From a virus, in the IMG/VR virus record IMGVR_UViG_3300022745_000018, positions 64,001-128,000 of that record: a stretch of 64,000 nt of DNA; one strand, written 5' to 3'. Below are positions 1 to 8,494 of this stretch, in pieces. Below the pieces are notes generated by a model. That model was not told the origin of the DNA and ran no database searches. It was given only the letters and a program-made list of their open reading frames with translations. A program made the position numbers and the translations under genes. Position 1 is the stretch's first letter, and every line of letters begins with the position of its first letter.

Positions 1-168
1 GATAAACTCCTTAGAAAGTTACATTAAGTTCACGTGTGATGGTTCCATTGACCCGGACCCGAAGGGTATTGCGTTGTGTAGACGAGAAGCCTACACCAGA
101 TAATTGATCACCCTCTGGGTTGATCTTGTTATTAGCGCCAAGTAATTCGAATACTCGGCGGTGCTGAT

Positions 169-2055
169 TCAAATCCTCTCGGACGTACTCGTTATAGAAT
201 CCACGGACAGGTTCATCTGTCTTGCATCCATCAAGAATGTGTGTTTATTACCGATCCCACCGCCATCTTTCCAATGGTTAGGCGAATTCAGAACAAATTT
301 CACAGGAACGAACTGATTTGTGTTGATTCCCCAGACCGTCTTGACTGAAGATGAACTCTTCAAGACTGGTTTTACCGTCAAGTTTCCAGATTGATCTTTG
401 ATGATATTGGCGACATGGATATCACCATGTACACGTTGGTCATGGGTAAACGTTGTCACTTGGCCGCCAATTTCAATTTCAACGACGAAACCAATGTCTT
501 GGTTGCTGCGGCGGTGGTACTGATTGACGACCAACTTATATTCACCTGGGCGCATTCTTGAACTGTTTTTGTAGACGATATTTTCGCATGGATCTTTTCT
601 GATACCATCGATGCCATTCGCATCTACATCAAGCATGCCGCCATTCGCAGATAGTGCACGGCGATTACCGAAATAGACGTGACCGTAGTCGTAATTGCGT
701 TTCGCATTTCCATTGACTTCTTCATACATGTGGAAGTCCAAGTCGTCTTCATTGAACCATGCAAGGCGACACATCAGATCTCCTTCAACTGCACCACCAG
801 CGGCTTTGACACGTTCTTTGATCGAGTCCGTGACATCGCCTTTGTATGCCCAGCTGAATTTATTGTCCCACTTGAAGATATTCCCAGCGGTTGGATCGGA
901 TGGTGCAACCAATGTCATCAGATTGGCCGCTTGTTTGTTCTCGATAAGAACTTCCAAGGATTTCGTTCCGGGTAGGACATTCTCAATGAATTTCTCAATC
1001 GAGATGGTTTCGATACCAGACACGGTTGCCTTTGCCTTGACTGCTTTGGTTGGAGCCAAGTCATCGAAAGCATTCTGAGAGATCTTCTTCGCGGCCCGTG
1101 ATGCACGCCAAATAACGTCATTGACAGACAAGTCACTCTCAATAGCGAGACGGCGATCAAAAGCAGTTGCGATTCCGAGATCGTTCACGACTTTCTTTGC
1201 AGCATCAATCTGCTTTTTGGTCACGATGGCGACTGGTCGTTTGTAGTTCGCAGGAGCCATTACTGCTTCGTATTTTCGCACAGCGACTTCCAAATCGACG
1301 TCGTTAGAAACGTCAATCAGGAATGTACCAACTGCAGTGTTACGAAGACGTGTAACTGCGGGAATTAGTTTCCCGACTTTCATCCATGCAAAGATCTTCA
1401 GATCTTCGGATTTGTTCGCTGCTTTCTGCAGATCGCGGAATGCTTTGACCGCACCAAGATATTCATCACCGCGGTACAGAGAACCTTGATTGGTCAATTC
1501 AATGAATGTATCCAGTGAGTCTGGTGTAAGTTCTGTCAGACCACGATAGAATACATCGAAGGTAGATTTGAATTCACCAGACAATGTACCGATGCTGCTA
1601 GATGGTGCAACCATGAAAGGTGGCAGATTCAGATGAAAGTGGTCCCAACGTTTAGGTTCACCAGAAACAGTTGCTTCAAATGATTTGTCGGTACCAACAG
1701 TCTTCTCGAAATGGAGAAACTTACCAACGATCGTGCCAGAACGGACAAGATCCGCCATTGCTTGTGCGACTTCTTTGTAGAACCCAATGTCGGATTCCGC
1801 TGCACCATCCCAAATCGTCTGAATTTTTCCATTGACGATAGAAACCATGCCACCGATCGTGCGAATAAAATGCTTGCAGCAAGAACAATCGTGCTGAGTG
1901 CGTTCACGATAGATTGGATTTGAACCTTCAGGGAATGACTTCAGATATGTGTTCCAAAGATCATCTCCACTAATGCTAGTTTCAAAAGCATTCTCGCTCT
2001 TGATCATTTCTGCAAATTGCTTAGCAACTGCATTTTTCAAATTCACAAAATTCAT
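169..2055 (-). CDS. Large phage hypothetical protein (N-terminal HDCxCC motif, YfaP/DUF2135-like 'LAWFNEDDLDFH...LDVD' region); C-terminus appears frameshifted, alternative frame continues to 11
   Basis: 628-aa ORF with AAGGA RBS. At ~232-240 the frame shifts; the alternative frame reads ILDGCKTDEPVRGFYNEY...RELNVTF* to TAA at 11-13, followed by AAGGAG. Confidence 0.7.
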   Translation of the reverse strand: MNFVNLKNAVAKQFAEMIKSENAFETSISGDDLWNTYLKSFPEGSNPIYRERTQHDCSCCKHFIRTIGGMVSIVNGKIQTIWDGAAESDIGFYKEVAQAMADLVRSGTIVGKFLHFEKTVGTDKSFEATVSGEPKRWDHFHLNLPPFMVAPSSSIGTLSGEFKSTFDVFYRGLTELTPDSLDTFIELTNQGSLYRGDEYLGAVKAFRDLQKAANKSEDLKIFAWMKVGKLIPAVTRLRNTAVGTFLIDVSNDVDLEVAVRKYEAVMAPANYKRPVAIVTKKQIDAAKKVVNDLGIATAFDRRLAIESDLSVNDVIWRASRAAKKISQNAFDDLAPTKAVKAKATVSGIETISIEKFIENVLPGTKSLEVLIENKQAANLMTLVAPSDPTAGNIFKWDNKFSWAYKGDVTDSIKERVKAAGGAVEGDLMCRLAWFNEDDLDFHMYEEVNGNAKRNYDYGHVYFGNRRALSANGGMLDVDANGIDGIRKDPCENIVYKNSSRMRPGEYKLVVNQYHRRSNQDIGFVVEIEIGGQVTTFTHDQRVHGDIHVANIIKDQSGNLTVKPVLKSSSSVKTVWGINTNQFVPVKFVLNSPNHWKDGGGIGNKHTFLMDARQMNLSVDSITSTSERI

Positions 2056-2070
2056 AATGAAAATTCCTTT

Positions 2071-2298
2071 TTAGGAGTTATTGGTTTTTCGACGGAAGCT
2101 GACGAAAGAATTGGAACCCAACACAATTTCCATCTCTGTGTTGTAGTACTGAATCACAACATTCACTTTACCGTATTGTGTAGTGATGCTCTTGATTTTG
2201 TAGAAGACTGTTTCTGGGAATGTATCTGCCGTAGTGATCGCGAGGAAGTCGCGAGGTTTCAAGTCGATAGCATCACCATTCATTACTTCGTAAGACAT
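2071..2298 (-). CDS. Hypothetical protein
   Basis: 75-aa ORF, AAGGA RBS, part of a packed minus-strand early operon. Confidence 0.65.
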   Translation of the reverse strand: MSYEVMNGDAIDLKPRDFLAITTADTFPETVFYKIKSITTQYGKVNVVIQYYNTEMEIVLGSNSFVSFRRKTNNS

Positions 2299-2397
2299 GA
2301 TTTCCTTTCAGCGATCAGATATCCGATAGCAAGCAGAGAAATGAAAATTACTGCACAATCAATGTAATCCATGATAGTTTCCTTTGTCGATGGATGA

Positions 2398-2424
2398 ATT
2401 GTATTCGCGGTACCTTTATGTGGT
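2398..2424 (-). promoter_or_regulatory. ACYACA-box promoter (ACCACA-15nt-TACAAT)
   Basis: One of 13 copies; followed by conserved TCATCCATCGACAAA. Confidence 0.75.
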
Positions 2425-2670
2425 TGTTTGCAGTACTTGACAGAATGCAACAACATTTTCCCATTGGATTGAATCCGCTTGACTTGCTGAATAGACCGTC
2501 ATGTGTTCAACTGGGTAACGATGTTTTCGCTGCCATGCATGGAGAATACAAAACTTGCTACCTAAGTAGATAGAGTGCGGTTGTTTTCCATGTGTTTCAA
2601 TCCAGAGTGGGCTTGAGTCTGGGTACCAAATATTTGTGTTCATATTAACGAATGTCCGGATCTGTTTCAA
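2416..2670 (-). CDS. Hypothetical protein
   Basis: 84-aa ORF; its stop overlaps the promoter box (ends QTTT*). Confidence 0.55.
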   Translation of the reverse strand: MKQIRTFVNMNTNIWYPDSSPLWIETHGKQPHSIYLGSKFCILHAWQRKHRYPVEHMTVYSASQADSIQWENVVAFCQVLQTTT

Positions 2671-2926
2671 ATTTGGGTTTGTTGATCATGTCCTTCGTGA
2701 TCGCGACGATCGCCAGCCAATTAACCGACACACCAATCACAATCAGATACAAAATCGATAGAGATTTGAAAAGTTCATGTAACGCTTCATCACCAACAAA
2801 GAAAGTGATGAGGAACCAGATGAATGAAACCGAAGATAGTCCAATCGAAACGGCAATCAAGATGATCAGAAATCCAGCGAAAGTCGTTAGACAGTCATTG
2901 ATCGAATCCAATGAGATGTACTTCAT
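2645..2926 (-). CDS. Two-TM membrane protein
   Basis: Two hydrophobic segments; ATGA coupling to the upstream gene. Confidence 0.65.
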   Translation of the reverse strand: MKYISLDSINDCLTTFAGFLIILIAVSIGLSSVSFIWFLITFFVGDEALHELFKSLSILYLIVIGVSVNWLAIVAITKDMINKPKFETDPDIR

Positions 2927-3210
2927 GATTGAATGTTCCTGGTTATTTCAAGTTTTGGTTTGTTGATTGCAGATTTCACGATCCAAATGAACCCAATCCC
3001 ACACAATGTGGAGAAATTCAACAGTATGTAAGACACTAACAAAGACGCGAAGAATTTATATTCAGCTTCGTTGCTAGGTTGTAGAAACTGCAATAAGGAT
3101 CCCGCCGAGAAAACTAACGTAAGTAAGCTTGCGCCGACACTCAATAGAAATAATGTCATCTCAGTACGATCCAAGATCACGTTAAGCTTGCAATGAGTAT
3201 CGTGCTTCAT
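2923..3210 (-). CDS. Two-TM membrane protein, possible paralogue of 2645..2926
   Basis: Same topology and shared INKPK motif near the C-terminus. Confidence 0.65.
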   Translation of the reverse strand: MKHDTHCKLNVILDRTEMTLFLLSVGASLLTLVFSAGSLLQFLQPSNEAEYKFFASLLVSYILLNFSTLCGIGFIWIVKSAINKPKLEITRNIQS

Positions 3211-3419
3211 AGAATCCTCGTTACGGTTAGTGGGTTAGATACTTTAGGCAAATTCGCAGATTCGCCTATCCGCAGTTTTGATGCAGATTCGCGATCGTTC
3301 TGAGAGAATCCGAGTAGATCGGACATCCAAGACAGATCATGAATCTGGTCGTTCGTATTGATGTAACCTTCCTTCCAAGTAAACTTGAAAAGTTTGGTTG
3401 CGAATTGAGCAGTATTCAT
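3207..3419 (-). CDS. Hypothetical protein
   Basis: 70-aa ORF coupled to its neighbours. Confidence 0.6.
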   Translation of the reverse strand: MNTAQFATKLFKFTWKEGYINTNDQIHDLSWMSDLLGFSQNDRESASKLRIGESANLPKVSNPLTVTRIL

Positions 3420-3820
3420 TATGCACCGAAGCTGTAATTTGTGACTTTTTCTTTACCGATTTCTTTTGCAAAGAAGTCCAAGTCACATTTGAATTTCTGA
3501 TCGCCAAGTTTGTAGACGGCTTTTGTACTGGAAGTCATGCCACAGAAGATCACTTTCTTTCCTCTGTAGATGAATTCTTTTCCGCAATCTGCTTGGGTGA
3601 GACCGTAGACCCAGCCATAACGATTGGTTTTCAATGCATGTTCTGGGTTAACGTCGTTTCCGTAGACTTCAGCTTCACCCATCGTGCAGGTGAATTTGAA
3701 TTGTGTTTCGGAGTACGTAACATTGAATGGCGAAACTTTCAAATCGTTTTCTTTTGCGAAATTGGCCAGAACGATTTTCAGTTCGTTGCGCAATTTTTCA
3801 ATACGGTTCTTGTCAATCAT
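3419..3820 (-). CDS. Hypothetical early protein
   Basis: Start moved to MIDKNR (GGAG RBS), directly downstream of the promoter at 3853-3879. Confidence 0.65.
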   Translation of the reverse strand: MIDKNRIEKLRNELKIVLANFAKENDLKVSPFNVTYSETQFKFTCTMGEAEVYGNDVNPEHALKTNRYGWVYGLTQADCGKEFIYRGKKVIFCGMTSSTKAVYKLGDQKFKCDLDFFAKEIGKEKVTNYSFGA

Positions 3821-3852
3821 TTGAATTCTCCGGTTTGTTTGTCGATGGTTGA

Positions 3853-3879
3853 ATTTTATAACACCATCAATCATGTAGT
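3853..3879 (-). promoter_or_regulatory. ACYACA-box promoter (ACTACA-15nt-TAAAAT)
   Basis: Repeated motif with downstream TCAACCATCGACAAAC. Confidence 0.75.
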
Positions 3880-3921
3880 CATTTTAGATTCTTGACTGTT
3901 TTGTTTCCAGGATTTCTGTCC

Positions 3922-3928
3922 ATTAAAT
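3922..3928 (+). promoter_or_regulatory. Putative late promoter ATTAAAT
   Basis: Same motif lies upstream of several late/structural genes. Confidence 0.5.
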
Positions 3929-3962
3929 TGACAATAACAAATGACTCTTGTGTAGGAACTAC

Positions 3963-6416
3963 ATGTCAAAGATTAACGTAAACACAATTTCTTCGCTAGA
4001 CGATAGCTCATCCGTCACCGTTGGCGATATTGCGAAGAAATCCTATCTAACTTCAATTTCAGTTGCCGCTTCTGATTTCAGTAAGACCGGTGGTAATACA
4101 GTTCAGAATCTATCTGGGATGACACCAACCATTGATGGAACGATCTATCATTGCGTTTCATGGTACAACGGCTTCGCATCTACGACAAGAGGACCGTGCG
4201 GTGGTGGTACGTTTGTTTGGAATGCTACATTGGCGAAAAGCAAACATAATGGTGGAACAATCATCAGCCCAACAGTCCCAGCATACAATGGTACATCTCA
4301 AACTCTTGCTGGTTTCTTAAATGGGACTGGAGAAACTGCAACCGGAACAAATGGTTGTTGGGTCCGGGTGATGCCAACTGAAGAGATTTGGGTAGAGTGG
4401 TTCGGTGCAGATCCAACCGGATCTATCATCTCCACGGTAGCGATCCAAGGTGCAATTGATTATGCAATCTACAATAAGAATAATAGCGGTTCACAAGGTC
4501 GTCATGCTTCGGTTAGACTTGGGGGTGGTATTTTTACAATCGATGATGTCGTCCACCTAGGTTATGGTGTCGGTGGTTTTACTTCGGTTAGTTTGATTGG
4601 TTCTGGGTATGCATATCGCGGTTCGACTGCATTCAACGGGACATCTATCGTAACAACTAGAAAAGATCGCCCAGCGTTTAACTTTCAAGGTGGTCGCGGA
4701 AGTAGACTGAAAGCGATGTCTATCATCGGTCTTAACACGACTCAAATTCAGAGTAACAATATGGGTGTCTATGGCGGTGCTCTGAATGATGATACGGTAG
4801 CATCCAATTGGGTAGATCCAACAATCACAACTTCAAGATATGCACCATATGCCGCAGTGACAGTTGATGCATATTCTGGCACGAGACCGGGTACATCATA
4901 TCCTGATGTATCGTATCCATCATTCTTTGGCGCGGTTTCTCAGTATGGCAAATCGTTCTCTAGCGATTGCCGTCTTGAAGATGTCCAGATATCTGGTTGG
5001 GTGGTCGGTTTGGCCAACCAACCGTCGAACGCTGATGGTAATGGAGATTACACGAAGTTGATTGGTTGCCAGATAGAGATGGTGCAGTATGGTGTATCGA
5101 TCGGCAATTCACAATCCAGAAACGTATCAGTTGATAACTTGGTGGCAGGACAATATTACTGCTTATTCACCAATCGTCAACATGGTAAACAGATTGGTGA
5201 ATTTGGTGGTGATATCAAGAATGTGTCGTGTGGCGCTGGTATCAAAATCTTCGATGTGGCGACTGCATATGGAGGATCACTAACGGTTACGAACCTATAT
5301 TGCGAATCTCAGTATAGTCTTGGTACAATCTCAGCGACGTCGTCAAATGACCAGTCAGTTCACTTCGTCAATTGCTTGATGTCATACACTGGTCAAGACG
5401 CGACTCGCGGTGTTCCTGCGTATATTTTAGATGGTGGTGGTTCTCTTTGCGACATCAAATTTACCGGCGGAGCGCAAGGCGATTACATCTCAGTCTGGAC
5501 AACAAACCACCAAGCATGTACATTTGATGGTACGATGATGAAGCCGTTAACCAGAGATGTGTCGATCTTGGCAGAATATTATGGTGTTGCTCATAACGCG
5601 ACTTGCGGTGGGGTTGTGATTGACCAGCTCGGGTATGGTGTTGGTTTCCATGTACCGAGAAATCAGAAGATTAAGTTCAAGCGATATAATCTCGACACAC
5701 TAGCACAAGGTGGTACTACTTTTGCTCAAGATGGGTACAAATTTTCCGATAGGACAACCTGCATACCAATCTATGTAGCATTCGCTCAAGCAAAATCTGA
5801 ATCGTACGGGGACAATGTAAAAACACCAAGAGCGGTTTGGGCTGTGGCTAAAACTTCATTGGCTTCAGTGACATTGACTAATAAGACGCTGACGTTCACT
5901 TACACAGGCCAGCCAGATTGGGCATTCAATACTCGTGGTTTTGATGTCGGTGATGTGATCTATGACGATCAATCCGGAAGCGTCTTCTTCGTTCAATCTC
6001 GTACAGGAACTGCTGTCACCGCCATCCTGCAGAACAATTACAAATCGAACGGTGCGGGTGGTTTCAACCAAGTCACTGCATTCTCAACAACGTCTGGTAA
6101 TCTATGGTCGGCAAACTGTAGAATCTATACACCACAATACTATCTACGCGGCGACACCACTTCTGGTTCTGGTTCGATTACGAACTGTGCCCGTGATGAT
6201 GGATATGCTGCTTGGTACAATGGTGATATCGCCGTCAATGATCATATGGTTGTGATGGATACTATGGATCGGATCACTGGACCGAATACGGCACAGATCA
6301 CTGCTAGAGATCATACAGCAGGAACTATCACGATCTCAGGAACTGCTGCAAGATCAGAAACTCGTCGTCGATTGGCACTCTTCGTTCGTCAACCACCAGC
6401 TAACTCAGTACTGTAA
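3963..6416 (+). CDS. Tailspike/receptor-binding protein 1 (beta-helix depolymerase-like)
   Basis: GGGTFVW...HNGGTII...GCWVR N-terminal module, VEWFGADPTG...AIQGAID pectate-lyase-like start, Gly/Ser/Thr/Asn-rich body; start at ATG 3963 after AGGA. Confidence 0.75.
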   Translation: MSKINVNTISSLDDSSSVTVGDIAKKSYLTSISVAASDFSKTGGNTVQNLSGMTPTIDGTIYHCVSWYNGFASTTRGPCGGGTFVWNATLAKSKHNGGTIISPTVPAYNGTSQTLAGFLNGTGETATGTNGCWVRVMPTEEIWVEWFGADPTGSIISTVAIQGAIDYAIYNKNNSGSQGRHASVRLGGGIFTIDDVVHLGYGVGGFTSVSLIGSGYAYRGSTAFNGTSIVTTRKDRPAFNFQGGRGSRLKAMSIIGLNTTQIQSNNMGVYGGALNDDTVASNWVDPTITTSRYAPYAAVTVDAYSGTRPGTSYPDVSYPSFFGAVSQYGKSFSSDCRLEDVQISGWVVGLANQPSNADGNGDYTKLIGCQIEMVQYGVSIGNSQSRNVSVDNLVAGQYYCLFTNRQHGKQIGEFGGDIKNVSCGAGIKIFDVATAYGGSLTVTNLYCESQYSLGTISATSSNDQSVHFVNCLMSYTGQDATRGVPAYILDGGGSLCDIKFTGGAQGDYISVWTTNHQACTFDGTMMKPLTRDVSILAEYYGVAHNATCGGVVIDQLGYGVGFHVPRNQKIKFKRYNLDTLAQGGTTFAQDGYKFSDRTTCIPIYVAFAQAKSESYGDNVKTPRAVWAVAKTSLASVTLTNKTLTFTYTGQPDWAFNTRGFDVGDVIYDDQSGSVFFVQSRTGTAVTAILQNNYKSNGAGGFNQVTAFSTTSGNLWSANCRIYTPQYYLRGDTTSGSGSITNCARDDGYAAWYNGDIAVNDHMVVMDTMDRITGPNTAQITARDHTAGTITISGTAARSETRRRLALFVRQPPANSVL

Positions 6417-6433
6417 ACATTAAAGGACAATAG

Positions 6434-8440
6434 ATGTCAAAATCACTAATAACAAAAAAGAAACTTGATAGTATCGTCTCAGTGAAGACGTTCGGTGTCG
6501 TGGGTGATGGCGTAGCGGACGATACCGCTGGGTGGTTAGCTTGGATTGATTATTGTGCAACCAATAAATTAGGTTTCATTTGTAACGAAACCATCAACTC
6601 TAAAATTTCAAGTAAATTGACATTCCCAAGAGTCACAGTCACGTACAATGGTGCACCAAAATGTCTGCCAATAGATTTAAGAAATGTGGATTTTTCATAC
6701 ACGGGCAGTCGAACAGATATCGTGATTGATATCGGAGAAGCACCTGGTGCTTCTGGATATTTTACAGAAACTGACATTTTCTTACCTAGGCTGAGTGCAT
6801 ATGGGACTGTCCAATGGCCAGGATCGTTGGCTACATCAGACATCGGTGTTAGAATTAGACAAGCAATCAGATGTCGAATTCATGAAAATTTTATATATGG
6901 GTTCACCAACGGAATTGTATATAGTGGCTGTGCATACAATACCATGAATGGTAAACACATTAGCGATTCTAAATTCGGTTTAGTCTATACAACAGAAGGA
7001 TCTACCGCCGATTATAGTTTCGCTAATGAAAACACTAGAATCGGCGGTAAAATAGGTGGATCGTCTTCTTCATCCGGTCTCGGTAATGCATACATGATCG
7101 TATTCACTTGGGATAAGATCTCTAGTTATAGAGGGCACAATGCTAATCGGTTTATAGCTCCATGCCTCGAAAGCAATGGTGCTGGGACATACCAAATGCC
7201 GATTTGGTTTGATGGTGTTGGTGGCATCAATTCTTTTGATCATGTGCGAGTAGAGGGATGTAAGGGGCCAGTCGGTCTTTTCGATGGTGGTGGTGGATCT
7301 AGGGCATACGGAACAACAATTAACCTCGATTACATTTCCTATACAGGTCAAGAAATTTCTGTTAGACAGGTCAATGGGGCCGCCGGTAATGTCATAACTG
7401 GTGCTGGTAGCGTTTCGGATTATTGGAACAGTGGAGACCTTCAAAAGCTAATCACATCTGGTGGTGCTGCTGGAGTATCTTATCTACGAGGAAAGGAATT
7501 GTTTTTCCTCAATAACGGAACACCCACGCTAGCTGATGTTAGGAGATTGGAATCTGTATTTGCGAATGCAATCAAGATGAATAGGAACGGAATCCAATTG
7601 GATTCCGGTGGATATGTTAGATTATGTGTTGCTATAGATAGCAGCAATATCAAAGATTTCGAGTGTTCGTATAATAGCTTAGATGGGTTTGTTGGTAGAC
7701 CAACATTCATTGCTCTTGATTCGCAAGGTCAAATACTTTCTGGTAGTGCTACAGAGACATTTGCGAATCCGGTCTCTGGTACCATGTACTCAAATGAACA
7801 ATATGTAAAGGCGGTTTCTTATATAGGAGACGCGGGGCAGATGTTGACCATAGGTACCCCAATGTATTCACCGTCTGCAGACTCTAGTGTCAATAAGACA
7901 GTACGTGTTACTGTACGACCAGAAGTGAAGACTTTGATTTTTGGTGTTGTTGGTGCGTCAACTCAAGCCTTAGTGAAAAGCATTTCTGTTAGAAGTTTTT
8001 CTTCACCTAATTTGGTTGGTGAAGCTAGACCACTTTCTTCTGGGCGTGGGTCTCTACGAGTATTTTCTCTTTCTGATGAAGATGGTCTAGAAAGAATGGC
8101 GACGGCTAAACCAGATACAGCTGGTACTTTTGGGTATTATCAACGCGGTTCTATTGTGTATAACCGTAGTGCTGCATCGGGGCAACCGGCTGGTTGGCAG
8201 TGTAGTAGTTCTGGATATTTAGCACCTACATGGGTATTATCAACAAATTACCAAGTCCCCGGGATGCTCGTAACTAACGACACTGGTAAGATTTACGAAC
8301 TGACTACACCCGGTACTTCATCTAGTTCAGGCGGTCCTACCGGAACTACATCGAGTTGGGACGGGATATCTGATGGGACTGCTAAGTGGAGATATGTAGG
8401 TGCACTCGTAACATTCGTCAGTTTGCCTAATAATCCATGA
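6434..8440 (+). CDS. Tailspike/receptor-binding protein 2
   Basis: VSVKTFGVVGDGVADDTA motif; C-terminal GSIVYN...GWQC...DGTAKWRY module. Confidence 0.75.
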   Translation: MSKSLITKKKLDSIVSVKTFGVVGDGVADDTAGWLAWIDYCATNKLGFICNETINSKISSKLTFPRVTVTYNGAPKCLPIDLRNVDFSYTGSRTDIVIDIGEAPGASGYFTETDIFLPRLSAYGTVQWPGSLATSDIGVRIRQAIRCRIHENFIYGFTNGIVYSGCAYNTMNGKHISDSKFGLVYTTEGSTADYSFANENTRIGGKIGGSSSSSGLGNAYMIVFTWDKISSYRGHNANRFIAPCLESNGAGTYQMPIWFDGVGGINSFDHVRVEGCKGPVGLFDGGGGSRAYGTTINLDYISYTGQEISVRQVNGAAGNVITGAGSVSDYWNSGDLQKLITSGGAAGVSYLRGKELFFLNNGTPTLADVRRLESVFANAIKMNRNGIQLDSGGYVRLCVAIDSSNIKDFECSYNSLDGFVGRPTFIALDSQGQILSGSATETFANPVSGTMYSNEQYVKAVSYIGDAGQMLTIGTPMYSPSADSSVNKTVRVTVRPEVKTLIFGVVGASTQALVKSISVRSFSSPNLVGEARPLSSGRGSLRVFSLSDEDGLERMATAKPDTAGTFGYYQRGSIVYNRSAASGQPAGWQCSSSGYLAPTWVLSTNYQVPGMLVTNDTGKIYELTTPGTSSSSGGPTGTTSSWDGISDGTAKWRYVGALVTFVSLPNNP

Positions 8441-8459
8441 TTGAGCATTTAAGAGAGTC

Positions 8460-8466
8460 ATTAAAT
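8460..8466 (+). promoter_or_regulatory. Putative late promoter ATTAAAT within a 19-bp repeat GTCATTAAATCCATCAATA
   Basis: Identical 19-mer at 8457-8475 and 11137-11155, each upstream of an RBP gene. Confidence 0.6.
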
Positions 8467-8494
8467 CCATCAATAATCTCAACGAAGAAGAACT

